Below the pieces are notes generated by a model. The model was not told where the DNA came from. It saw nothing but the letters and a program-made list of their open reading frames with translations, and ran no database searches. 39,038 nt of DNA. It comes from an uncultured Methanosarcinales archaeon (lineage in GTDB: Archaea; Nanobdellota; Nanobdellia; Woesearchaeales; SKGA01). This document shows, piece after piece, positions 16,001-24,897 of the stretch (within the stretch, counting starts at the first letter, position 1; the number at the start of each line of letters is the position of its first letter). The position numbers and the translations under genes are program-made. Location of the stretch: assembly GCA_964603345.1 (NCBI GenBank), contig CAZRUJ010000001.1, forward strand, positions 1 to 39,038, read 5' to 3'.

Positions 16001-16022
16001 AACAGAGTTACTGTTTTATTTT
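16001..16022 (+). terminator. Hairpin plus T-rich tract at the end of the + strand cluster
   Basis: AACAG-agtta-CTGTT is followed by TTATTTT, about 50 nt after the stop at 15949. Confidence 0.4.
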
Positions 16023-16178
16023 CCGATGAACTGATATGCCTTTTAACGAAGGTCTAAAAAGAACGCATAAGAAAAAAAATACGTTTTTCACCTCCCTCGC
16101 ACAAACATTTATTAATAAACGAACGTCACTGACAATCAGTTTCCAAAAGGGTGTAAAATCACCAATAAGGGTGTAATC

Positions 16179-17336
16179 ATGACAGAAGATATTGAAGGAC
16201 TAAAAACCAAGCTCGTCGAAGCCACAGGACTCTCTAAAGACCAGATAAATGACAAATTACAAGAAAAACTCTCTTCGCTTGGAGGGCTCATCTCAGAAGA
16301 AGGAGCTTTGCATATCATCGCAAACGAGCAGAATGTAGTGCTTGGAAAACCACCATCGTCAGAACTCAAACTCAAAGATGTGCTTAACGGAATGAAAAAT
16401 GTCACTGTTGTCGCTAAAGTATTAAGAAAATACGAACCCCGGACGTTTGGAGAGAATAACGATGGGAAAGTCGCAAGCCTGTTTATGGGAGATGAAACAA
16501 GCTTCATGAGATTGACATTCTGGAACGATAAAGTAGATAATCTCTTTGACAAGATCAATGAAGATGATGTGATTGAAGTACAACACGCATATTCCAAGGA
16601 GAATAACGGTTATGTGGAATTGCATATGGGTGCTGCTTCTAATTGTATTGTCAATCCAGAAGGAAAGGCAGTGACGGTAAGAGAACTGAATTCGCAATCA
16701 CAGAACGCTCCTGAAAAGAAATTACAAGATATTACCGAAAACGATCAACTCGTCAACATCACGGCGACGATTGTACAAGTGTATGATCCCCGATTCTTCG
16801 AGAGCTGTCCTGAATGCGGAAAGCGATTGCAACAATCAGAGGATGGTTATGAATGCTCTAATCACGGAACAAAGGAACCAACATACAATTATGTTATGAA
16901 CCTTTTCCTTGATGATGGTACTGACAATATAAGAGCGACAGTCTGGAAAGAACAGGTCAACAAACTCGTAGGCAAAGAAGAAAGCGAAGTTCTCAAGCTC
17001 AAGGATGATGCTTCTAAACTCGAGGAAATGAAGACTGATCTTCTCGGAAGAATAATACAAGCACAAGGGAAAGTGAAGAAAAATACTGTGTATAATAATT
17101 TGGAGGTAGTCCTTTTCGATATTGATCCCAATCCCGACCCATCAACGGTTGCAGGTAGGAATGCTTCGGAGAAACAGACTTTAACAACAAAACAACAAGA
17201 ACATAAATCACATCCCGAATCACAACAAGAGAAAGGTACACCATCACAGGAGTCAAATCATCAAGTAAATGAGGAGCGGATGACCGGTGAGGAGGAAGAG
17301 TTACCTTCAATCGATGATATTGATGATGCTGTTTGA
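16179..17336 (+). CDS. rpa: Replication protein A (RPA)-type single-stranded DNA-binding protein with OB folds and an embedded zinc ribbon
   Basis: The first OB-fold signature is VTVVAKVLRKYEPRTFGENNDGKVASLFMGDETSFMRLTFWNDKV. The second OB fold is interrupted by CPECGKRL...YECSNHG. The C-terminus is a long polar tail ending in EEEELPSIDDIDDAV. An AAGGGTG SD lies upstream, with a TATA-like CATTTATTAATA at 16106-16117. Confidence 0.8.
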   Translation: MTEDIEGLKTKLVEATGLSKDQINDKLQEKLSSLGGLISEEGALHIIANEQNVVLGKPPSSELKLKDVLNGMKNVTVVAKVLRKYEPRTFGENNDGKVASLFMGDETSFMRLTFWNDKVDNLFDKINEDDVIEVQHAYSKENNGYVELHMGAASNCIVNPEGKAVTVRELNSQSQNAPEKKLQDITENDQLVNITATIVQVYDPRFFESCPECGKRLQQSEDGYECSNHGTKEPTYNYVMNLFLDDGTDNIRATVWKEQVNKLVGKEESEVLKLKDDASKLEEMKTDLLGRIIQAQGKVKKNTVYNNLEVVLFDIDPNPDPSTVAGRNASEKQTLTTKQQEHKSHPESQQEKGTPSQESNHQVNEERMTGEEEELPSIDDIDDAV

Positions 17337-17353
17337 TGTGAATATGCAATGAA

Positions 17354-17800
17354 ATGAAAGGACGGACACATCTGGCTGCAGGATTATTCATAGGATTGCT
17401 AATTGCCGATCACATGGCCTTATCATCTGTTTTTCATTCTGCCTTACTGATACTAAGTTCTGTATTAGGATCTCTTTTTCCCGATGTCGATACGGTCCGT
17501 TCGATACTGGGAAGGAAAATGCGGATAGTGGGCTGGATGTCCACACATAGAGGAATTTTACATTCACCACTAATTCTCATACTGATGGTGCCTTTGCTAC
17601 AACTCTTATCACATCCTATCGCAACAGGATTTATGGCGGGATTTCTCTCGCACGTAGCGCTTGATATGCTGACCCCACAAGGAATAAAAATACTGCCTGG
17701 AACGAAACGGGTTACAGGACCATTAAGGACAGGAGGGCTAACAGAACATATCCTGCTATTTGCACTATCAGTATCCTGCATGCTGATACTGATCTCATGA
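17354..17800 (+). CDS. YdjM/DUF457-like membrane-bound metal-dependent hydrolase
   Basis: It is a small polytopic protein with the family His/Asp pattern: GRTHLAAG, SLFPDVDT, HRGILHSPL, SHVALDMLTPQGI. Confidence 0.7.
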   Translation: MKGRTHLAAGLFIGLLIADHMALSSVFHSALLILSSVLGSLFPDVDTVRSILGRKMRIVGWMSTHRGILHSPLILILMVPLLQLLSHPIATGFMAGFLSHVALDMLTPQGIKILPGTKRVTGPLRTGGLTEHILLFALSVSCMLILIS

Positions 17801-17813
17801 AGAAAATCCGTGC

Positions 17814-19829
17814 TCATTTCTGCTTTGATTTTTCTTTACGTTCATGCAAGGATTTTTCAATACCTGCTATGATATCCTCGTTTTTTTTCACAAGAGCCTG
17901 CAATAATTCGTCTTTAGAATATTTCTTCAGATTCCTAGCGATACGGGGCTGATCAAGCTCTTCAAGCATGAAACGTTTGAACGCTTTATGATATTTCTTG
18001 ATAAGAGATGAATACTTCTTATTATTGATCTTCTTGAGCAAGATAATCAAATCCTTCTCATCATTTATTTTCATATCCTCAAACCAGAATGAATGCGGAT
18101 GAAACATCTTATCATGTTTAAGATGCGAGCTGTTTTTCAAGAAATGCATTTTCGAAATCTTCTGGACAAAGATGATGATGATAAATATAATAATACTGTA
18201 TCCGAACAAGATCGCGATATCGAACCAAAGAGCATTTATGTCCATGGAAAAGAGTATCGATTGACGAAGAGCTTCAGATGAGAGCACATAAGGATTAAAT
18301 TCGGCAATATTTCTTAAGTAAGGAGATATATTCTCAAGAGGGAGGACAAGATTAGATAGGAACAAGAAGATGGCACCCAGAGTAATGCTTGCCATATTAG
18401 AACTCTGCTGGGTAGGAAGAAGATAACCAAGGCACATGCCCAGCATGATAAAAATACTTGATGCGAGAATGAGAATCAGAATATTCATAGGCAAGTTTGC
18501 CCCTATAAGATCGACACCGAATACACTGACTGCGCCAAGGATAACGACTGTTTGGAACAGAACAATAATAAATGAGGTGATAAATGTCGTTATAATAAAG
18601 AATTCATCGTGAGTGGGAGTGGTAAACACCCTGAAAGCAGCCCTGCTTTTTTTCTCAACGACGACAAGCGTGCTTGATAATAGCAATCCGACGAACATGA
18701 TGATAAGAATGAGAACGTAAGGAAATAGCATTGAAATGTTGTTGCTTGAAGAGACGGTCTTGATGGTGGTCTGGACAGGGTTGATGATTTGTTCGCTTGA
18801 AGTGATATCAACATTCTTGAGCGCAGAATGAGCTTTTTCAAGTCTTAATTTCATCGTATCAAGGTCCTCGTTTATCGAATCCAACGAAGAACTGACTTCA
18901 TCGAGGGATTCGATGCTTTCCTGAGTGGTGGTGGAAGCAGATTCAAGTTTTGATTTCAGCATATCTATTTTTGAAGATGCATCGCTTATCTTTACCATCA
19001 GATCAGTTATTTTATCAGAACCCTGCTTTGTCTTCGTGAATGCAGTCTGGTTAAGGTCATCAATATCATCTTCAAGATCGGCAAGATCGGTTTCGATATG
19101 GCTGACATTGTCTTTTGACCTGATGACGGAAATAACCTCTCGTGCTGATGTCACGGTCGATGAGACATCTTCATATAGGTTATTTTGAATTTTCTCAATA
19201 TCCAAAATATCTTTTTTCACATTCAAGGATGCGTTGCCAGATCCAAGATCCACATCCTCAAGATCCTTCGAAACGGAAACAATCGCATCCGACTGGTCGG
19301 CGGTTCTTTTCTTGACCTTGATAAGCATTCCTAAGACAGAATCAATATTACTTGAACTCTTATCCATTGTATCTGTCAAGGCAGAGGTCAGATTCATGCT
19401 TAACTGATCTTTCTTGAGATCGATACGTTCGGAAACTTTCTCAATGACAGTATAAACTAGATTGGTACGGCTATTATCGACAAAGAATTCGATGTTTTCA
19501 GTGCTCCCTTTTTCTATCTTGAAATTTTCGGGGAAGATGATGCATGTGTGAACGATGCCGTTTTTCAAATCCTCAATACATGAAGAATTATCAGGGTATG
19601 ATTTTGTTGTATAATCGTCCTTTTCAAGAACATAGATAAACTCATTTGAAAGCGTGCTATTATCTGGAGTATGATATCCAATAGTGATGTCAATCGTTGA
19701 TGAGGAATTGAACGCGATGCCTATGAGAAAGATGATGAGAAGAGGGCCGAGGATGATAGAAATAAGAGAGGTCTTTTGTCGGAACAGCACCTTGAAATTT
19801 TTGGAGAGTGTCGTGAAAAATTTCATCAT
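17814..19829 (-). CDS. ABC-2 type permease with a large coiled-coil extracellular domain (YhgE/Pip-like topology) and a basic cytoplasmic C-terminal extension
   Basis: An N-terminal TM (LISIILGPLLIIFLIGIAF) is followed by a Ser/Asp/Leu-rich coiled-coil-like ectodomain of about 330 aa, then about 5 TM helices, then a Lys-rich tail of about 110 aa. Its start overlaps the ATPase stop by 4 nt (ATGA). Confidence 0.7.
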   Translation of the reverse strand: MMKFFTTLSKNFKVLFRQKTSLISIILGPLLIIFLIGIAFNSSSTIDITIGYHTPDNSTLSNEFIYVLEKDDYTTKSYPDNSSCIEDLKNGIVHTCIIFPENFKIEKGSTENIEFFVDNSRTNLVYTVIEKVSERIDLKKDQLSMNLTSALTDTMDKSSSNIDSVLGMLIKVKKRTADQSDAIVSVSKDLEDVDLGSGNASLNVKKDILDIEKIQNNLYEDVSSTVTSAREVISVIRSKDNVSHIETDLADLEDDIDDLNQTAFTKTKQGSDKITDLMVKISDASSKIDMLKSKLESASTTTQESIESLDEVSSSLDSINEDLDTMKLRLEKAHSALKNVDITSSEQIINPVQTTIKTVSSSNNISMLFPYVLILIIMFVGLLLSSTLVVVEKKSRAAFRVFTTPTHDEFFIITTFITSFIIVLFQTVVILGAVSVFGVDLIGANLPMNILILILASSIFIMLGMCLGYLLPTQQSSNMASITLGAIFLFLSNLVLPLENISPYLRNIAEFNPYVLSSEALRQSILFSMDINALWFDIAILFGYSIIIFIIIIFVQKISKMHFLKNSSHLKHDKMFHPHSFWFEDMKINDEKDLIILLKKINNKKYSSLIKKYHKAFKRFMLEELDQPRIARNLKKYSKDELLQALVKKNEDIIAGIEKSLHERKEKSKQK

Positions 19830-20809
19830 GCTCTATCCTCCTGATGCTCTCCCCATAACTTGACAAACACATCATCAAGCGATGAATTCTTGATATCGAT
19901 GAACGTGATCTGATCACCTTGCTCTCGAACGGTCTTCAAACAATATTCAATAATGAGGGATGGCTTGAGCGTTTTTATGATAAGACTGTTATCGTATATT
20001 GCGATATCTGAAATGTGCTTGTGCATCAAGTTCTCTTTCAATGCTTGGTAAGTCTTATCCCTAGTCTGAAGAACAATTTCCTGTTCGACGACGAAACGAT
20101 CCTTGAGATCCCGAGGAGCTCCGACCGCTTTTAGCTTGCCATCCTTAAGCAAAGCGACACGATCACACAAATTCTCTAGTTCTATGAGATGATGACTTGA
20201 AAGAATAATGGTCGTGCCTTTCTTATTGATCTTACGGATAAGTTGCCAGATGTGATGCCTCAATAATGGATCGAGATCGGCAGTGGGCTCGTCAAGGATG
20301 AGAACTTCAGGATCGTGCATCAATGCACAAGCGATGTCAAGACGGCGCTCCATACCACCTGATAATTTTTTAGCCTTGACATTACGTGCCTCTTTCAATT
20401 CCATCAATTCAAGAAGGGTCTTCATATTCGCATCGATAGCATCAGAACTCATATTATGAAGATTGCCGAAAAAACGAAGATTCTCTTTTGCCGTCAATTC
20501 ATCGTAAAATGAAGGCACTTGAGATGCGAAACCATATATTTGCTTGACCATCCGCTGTTTCGAAAAGACAGAACGATATATTTCAGAATCCGATGTTGAT
20601 AGAAGATGACTCAAATGGAATTCAATATCACCTCCTTCAGGACGGAGAAAACCTATGAGTGTGTTGAGAAAGGTGGTTTTTCCGGATCCGCTCGCTCCGA
20701 TAAGACCTATGATCTCGCCGGATCGGATATCCAAACTGATGTCATCAAGAACAATCATCTTACCAAATGCCTTGGTAAGGTTTTTCACACGGAATATCGG
20801 ATTGGGCAT
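19826..20809 (-). CDS. ABC transporter ATP-binding protein
   Basis: Walker A is GASGSGKTT, the signature motif is LSGGMERRL, Walker B is VLILDEPTADLD and the H-loop is ILSSHHL. Confidence 0.95.
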   Translation of the reverse strand: MPNPIFRVKNLTKAFGKMIVLDDISLDIRSGEIIGLIGASGSGKTTFLNTLIGFLRPEGGDIEFHLSHLLSTSDSEIYRSVFSKQRMVKQIYGFASQVPSFYDELTAKENLRFFGNLHNMSSDAIDANMKTLLELMELKEARNVKAKKLSGGMERRLDIACALMHDPEVLILDEPTADLDPLLRHHIWQLIRKINKKGTTIILSSHHLIELENLCDRVALLKDGKLKAVGAPRDLKDRFVVEQEIVLQTRDKTYQALKENLMHKHISDIAIYDNSLIIKTLKPSLIIEYCLKTVREQGDQITFIDIKNSSLDDVFVKLWGEHQEDRA

Positions 20810-20883
20810 GCTGTTTCTTGTATCTGAAATGTTTTATAAAACTAGTGTTCTCACAATGGAGTGGATGATTCTTATTCCTGTAA

Positions 20884-21516
20884 TTAATGATTGCGGGATT
20901 TTCTCACCAAATCCCTTATGTAAAGGGATAAGATAATAATTATGATAGAGAATATGACGCCTATGAGAAATTCGGCAGAACCAGAAAGCTGTTGCAAAAT
21001 CCCTTCTTGAACGTTTTGCTCGACAGGAGCTGAAGCTGTTTCAGCCATCATATCAGTAGCATACATAGCTTTCTCTTGTCCTGTCCTAGCTATTATTTCT
21101 CTTGTCCGGAGTAAGTTGTCATACACGAAGGCACCTGTGGCGATGATGGATGTGACAAGAATTCCTGGAACGAGAGATTGCAATTGTTTCTTGAGCGTGG
21201 ATGACGAACGGTTCTTACGAGGGATGATGATGATAGCCTTGTCATGGAGCGAGTAATGGATAACTTCCTTTCCTTTCTTGCTATAATGAAATGAGGAATC
21301 GTCAACGACTCCAGCTTCACACAATGATTTTAAGTGATAATGCACGGTGGAGAGGGCCATGTCAAGTTTAGAGGATATTTCTGAAGCTGTAAGATTATCT
21401 TGTGCTTGAAGCAGGGAAAGGATTTTTTTAGACGTTGAAGAGGATACGGTCTTCGCGAACCGGGATGCATCTTCAAGCTCCAGAACTTCGATGGGGGATG
21501 TTTGCTCTGACTCCAT
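20884..21516 (-). CDS. ArsR-family winged-helix transcriptional regulator with C-terminal membrane segments
   Basis: The HTH region is KKILSLLQAQDNLTASEISSKLDMALSTVHYHLKSLCEAGVV. Two hydrophobic helices follow (LVPGILVTSIIATGAFVY and FLIGVIFSIIIIILSLYI). It lies upstream of the ABC genes on the same strand. Confidence 0.7.
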   Translation of the reverse strand: MESEQTSPIEVLELEDASRFAKTVSSSTSKKILSLLQAQDNLTASEISSKLDMALSTVHYHLKSLCEAGVVDDSSFHYSKKGKEVIHYSLHDKAIIIIPRKNRSSSTLKKQLQSLVPGILVTSIIATGAFVYDNLLRTREIIARTGQEKAMYATDMMAETASAPVEQNVQEGILQQLSGSAEFLIGVIFSIIIIILSLYIRDLVRKSRNH

Positions 21517-21620
21517 AATTTCATGTCAAGACAGAACTAGTATTAAAATGTTATTATCATTTCAATCCTTGTTGAGGTTAGCGTCAAAATTCCTGTTTCA
21601 AAATACAGGTAGAATAAAAT

Positions 21621-22067
21621 GATGTAGGGTCTCATAAGCCGCCTTCTGTCAAGGCCGAAGAAACGATATTTATCATCGCTTCCGATGCCTTGCGACCAGA
21701 TTCTACTAAGCGTCAAAATTGACTTGCACCGACCGGGGCTCGTTGTTTCATCCTTTCATTTCCGGAGACGTCAGCGAGTTAGCTTGTCACATGTCACCAC
21801 GTGAGGTCATACGCATCATCCCATTATCCGGAAGCGGTATCGCTCGATGAACACATAGTTTCAACGCAGCGGGATGTGCATTCCTGCGACATCCTGTTTC
21901 TGTACGGTTGCCATCCCTATTCGGGATCTCGATTTGAAGAAAAATATTCATTTCCTTCTCAGTCGAGCGATCATATCACGCTGAAAGCGTGATGGTGGAC
22001 GGACTTTCCTAAAAGATCCTTCTCTTTGAAAAAAAGATCTCCTGACCAGCCTGAAAAACCCTACATC
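21621..22067 (-). ncRNA. rnpB: RNase P RNA (archaeal/type A-like)
   Basis: The reverse complement contains AGGAAAGUCCG (CR-I, + strand 22000-22010) and ACAGAAGGCGGCUUAUGAG (CR-V, + strand about 21631-21650). A perfect 10-bp P1 helix joins the ends: GAUGUAGGGU (22067-22058) pairs with ACCCUACAUC (21630-21621). A TATA box lies about 26 nt upstream, and AUUUUAUU follows immediately 3'. Confidence 0.85.
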
Positions 22068-22092
22068 GATTGAGAGAAAAATCGCTTCGCAC

Positions 22093-22100
22093 ATATAAAT
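22093..22100 (-). promoter_or_regulatory. TATA box of the RNase P RNA gene
   Basis: The minus strand reads ATTTATAT, with its proximal edge 25-26 nt upstream of the predicted 5' end at 22067. Confidence 0.5.
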
Positions 22101-22121
22101 ATTACTCTTACAAATCCATCA

Positions 22122-23138
22122 TCATTTCTTCTCAGGAGCGAATTTATTGAAATAGATGATCAGACCAGCGACGATAGGAATGAGGATGATGGCAAGCAAG
22201 GAATTGAGGTTTGTGCCGGAATCGTTCTCGCCTTCTTTAGCGAGCAAGATGGTATTTCCTGTGACGGATTTGTTCGTAGATGTCTCATATGATACGCTAT
22301 CCCTCTCGGGTCTTGGATCATCGACATGCCACATAATGACAGGATCCTCATCGAGGATAACTGGTTCAAGATCTGGATATCCCAATTGCGAACTGTGTTC
22401 TGCTACTGTTTTGGGGATTATCTCTATTACTTGGATATATTCAAGTCCTTCTTCTTTAGGGGTGATGCTAATAGTGGTGGTCGTTTTAGTTTCAGAAGAA
22501 TTGTCATCGTAGCTGAGAGTCTCAGTCCTTATCTTCTTACGTGCTTTCACCTTTTCATGACCTGTCTCTTTCATCTCCTCTAACTCAAGAGGGGTATATT
22601 CGATCCCGTGTTCGATCAACAGATTCCTGACTGTTTCGATATCCTCATCCTCGATAGGTATGGAATCCAACCTGATATTATTCTCGACAACATCTCTATC
22701 CTCGACAACGCGCTCCACCACAGAAACAGTCATATCTCTCTCATAGATGAGATCATCGTCGATGGTCAGGTGCAGAGTGTATGTAGTATCCTCTTCAGGA
22801 GTCATGTTCCATGAGACCATATAGAATGTCTCATTATTTTCAGTATCGTCGGCCCTGAAATGAGTCATGTTTATACGAGTCCCATTTTCAGAAAACAATC
22901 CGAGCTCGATAGTAGCATTCTGTGATGTGTTAAGGAAAGATACTGTTGAGATGCTGTACTCATGACCTTCGGTCACGTTCGAATCACGATATATGTACAT
23001 GAGATGGTTTTTATCACCTGAAACAATATTCTCTATAAATCCTTTTTCAGTAACAGTCTCGAAAGTAGGAATCGCGCTGACAACAGAACTTAGTATCAAA
23101 AGGCAGGCTGTCGAGATAAGAATCAAACGGAAATCCAT
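22122..23138 (-). CDS. Secreted, C-terminally membrane-anchored surface protein rich in N-glycosylation sequons
   Basis: The signal peptide is MDFRLILISTACLLILSSVVSA|IPTF. The C-terminal TM is LLAIILIPIVAGLIIYF followed by NKFAPEKK. There are about ten N-x-S/T sequons. No domain recognised. Confidence 0.6.
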   Translation of the reverse strand: MDFRLILISTACLLILSSVVSAIPTFETVTEKGFIENIVSGDKNHLMYIYRDSNVTEGHEYSISTVSFLNTSQNATIELGLFSENGTRINMTHFRADDTENNETFYMVSWNMTPEEDTTYTLHLTIDDDLIYERDMTVSVVERVVEDRDVVENNIRLDSIPIEDEDIETVRNLLIEHGIEYTPLELEEMKETGHEKVKARKKIRTETLSYDDNSSETKTTTTISITPKEEGLEYIQVIEIIPKTVAEHSSQLGYPDLEPVILDEDPVIMWHVDDPRPERDSVSYETSTNKSVTGNTILLAKEGENDSGTNLNSLLAIILIPIVAGLIIYFNKFAPEKK

Positions 23139-23390
23139 ACTATTACCTTTTATTCAATAGTTTAAATAATTTTCGAATGAGATGCGCTGTTCAAAATAAC
23201 GCTCATAGCGTTCCTTTGCATAAAAATTGTGTTTTTTCCACACTCTCAGTCAAAAATTTTCATTTTTGTCTTTTGATCATGCGAGCAAACTCTTATTTGA
23301 TTTTTTTTATCTTGTATAGAAATCGCTCGTTCGAACAACAGCAGGTTTACAGATAGATTTTTTAATGATGATGTTTTATTCATCATTCAT

Positions 23391-24389
23391 ATGAATTCGT
23401 TCTACAATGACTTCTTACGGCTCAAGCGCGCGACGATAAAATCGCAAGGTAAATTCATATTCCGATCCAAAGACTACATCTCGCATAAGAAGGAAGATCT
23501 GACATTCTCTCCTTTACAAGATACAACCACTGACATAGTAGGTTTTATAGATGGAGGACAACAGATCCTGTTCGAAAGCCCGTCATTTCTGATAGGGATG
23601 GTGAGGGTTGCTGTGAGTTTGTGGAGAGGGTCAAAACGATATGCGATGAAGGTCAAGGAATTCATCGTTTTTCTTCAGGCGGAGGAAAAAGGCTATACAT
23701 CCAAGTGCTATGATATGCAGGGTATGCCTGTACAACCATTCAAGACAATGGATATTAACACCATCAACCATCTCGATGCTGATGATGGTGAATCGGCAAT
23801 ATCTATGTTGAGACGATTCTCTGAGTTGCTGATGGCTGCGGATATTGCAGGACAAGTCGATGTCATCTGTATCGATGGCTCATTAAGATGCTTTTCAGGG
23901 ACTGAAAATCATATCATGAACCAGCTTCTCAAACAGGCAGCGAAACGAGGGGTGATTGTTTCCGGATTGCAGAAATCAACCAGCATGATGGCGGACAACT
24001 CCTCGACAATCCAATCGCTTGAACCATCTTACAATGCAGGAGCATGGATAACATCGCCCTTGTGCATCAACAATACTATGATGCATCCTGCCAACATACA
24101 TATCATCAAGCTCCATAAGGACGCGGCTCATCGATTTGTCATCGATATAGCAAGAGGATATGATCAGGTCAAGACAGGAGTATCGTTGCTTGCAACATCC
24201 TCAGATCCCCTATTCATAGGGTATCCTTATGGCATGATTGATGTAGACAGACTAGCGAGAATAGAAGACTCAAGAAAAGAGCAATCAAGACTTGATATCA
24301 GGAAACTATTGGCCGGTTCAAACGAATTCCTCGATAGGGAGATCCTTTCAAAAAATGCGCACGAGATACTTGATTCGATGTCATTCTGA
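23391..24389 (+). CDS. nurA: NurA-domain nuclease (putative)
   Basis: NurA-like motif pattern: GFIDGGQQ, VICIDGSLR, GLQKSTS and FIGYPYGMIDVDRLARIE. An AT-rich box lies about 25-33 nt upstream of the ATG. The call is by motif recognition only. Confidence 0.55.
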   Translation: MNSFYNDFLRLKRATIKSQGKFIFRSKDYISHKKEDLTFSPLQDTTTDIVGFIDGGQQILFESPSFLIGMVRVAVSLWRGSKRYAMKVKEFIVFLQAEEKGYTSKCYDMQGMPVQPFKTMDINTINHLDADDGESAISMLRRFSELLMAADIAGQVDVICIDGSLRCFSGTENHIMNQLLKQAAKRGVIVSGLQKSTSMMADNSSTIQSLEPSYNAGAWITSPLCINNTMMHPANIHIIKLHKDAAHRFVIDIARGYDQVKTGVSLLATSSDPLFIGYPYGMIDVDRLARIEDSRKEQSRLDIRKLLAGSNEFLDREILSKNAHEILDSMSF

Positions 24390-24866
24390 AACGCTCCGGC
24401 TGATGTCTGCGACGATGGCATCATTGAGCTTGACGACACAAATTGAAGGGATGATGAATGAATCCTCTCTTGTGCCACCTGAACACACGATATATTCATT
24501 ATCAAGCAAGCTATTTGCAACCACCACATCGATATTCCAGAGATTGCCGAAAGGAGGTACTCCGCCGATAACACAATCAGTGAGCTCGTATACCTTGTCA
24601 GGAGAAATCAACATGATATTTTTTTCATTGAGGAATTGTTTTAATAATTTCATATTTATACGATGATGTGCAGGGATGACAATCTGGATAACTCTCCCTG
24701 AAGAGCATTTTGCGATGAGAGCCTTCGCTCCCTTTTCATGCTCGGTACCTCTCACCATAGAAGCTTTTTGAGAAGCAGTGGGGATGGTATCGTGAGTGAG
24801 ATGCCTGAACCCAACACCTTTTTGCGATAACATCTTTTTTATCATACGCACAGTTTCATCGCTCAC
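24381..24866 (-). CDS. YbaK/ProX-type aminoacyl-tRNA deacylase domain protein
   Basis: The family motif is KALIAKCSSGRVIQIVIPAHHRINMKLL...LTDCVIGGVPPFGNLWNIDVVVANSL. The start is placed at GTG 24866, which has AGAGGA 9 nt upstream. ATG 24845 is an alternative. The ORF-track start 24941 overlaps the upstream gene. Confidence 0.65.
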   Translation of the reverse strand: MSDETVRMIKKMLSQKGVGFRHLTHDTIPTASQKASMVRGTEHEKGAKALIAKCSSGRVIQIVIPAHHRINMKLLKQFLNEKNIMLISPDKVYELTDCVIGGVPPFGNLWNIDVVVANSLLDNEYIVCSGGTREDSFIIPSICVVKLNDAIVADISRSVSE

Positions 24867-24897
24867 AATATCACATCCTCTTTTACACAGTCTTGCA

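Noticed and set aside
21575-21724. A 12-13-nt direct repeat AGCGTCAAAATT occurring twice about 130 nt apart, once inside and once just outside the RNase P RNA
   Set aside because: It is a single short duplicate with no array periodicity. The inner copy is part of a local hairpin of the RNA, and the outer copy lies in the terminator region. It is most likely chance or local structure rather than a CRISPR or att-type repeat.
21801-21992. 63-aa ORF on the + strand in the ArsR / surface-protein gap
   Set aside because: It lies antisense to, and entirely inside, the RNase P RNA. It has a GTG start, no SD or TATA box, and an odd composition.
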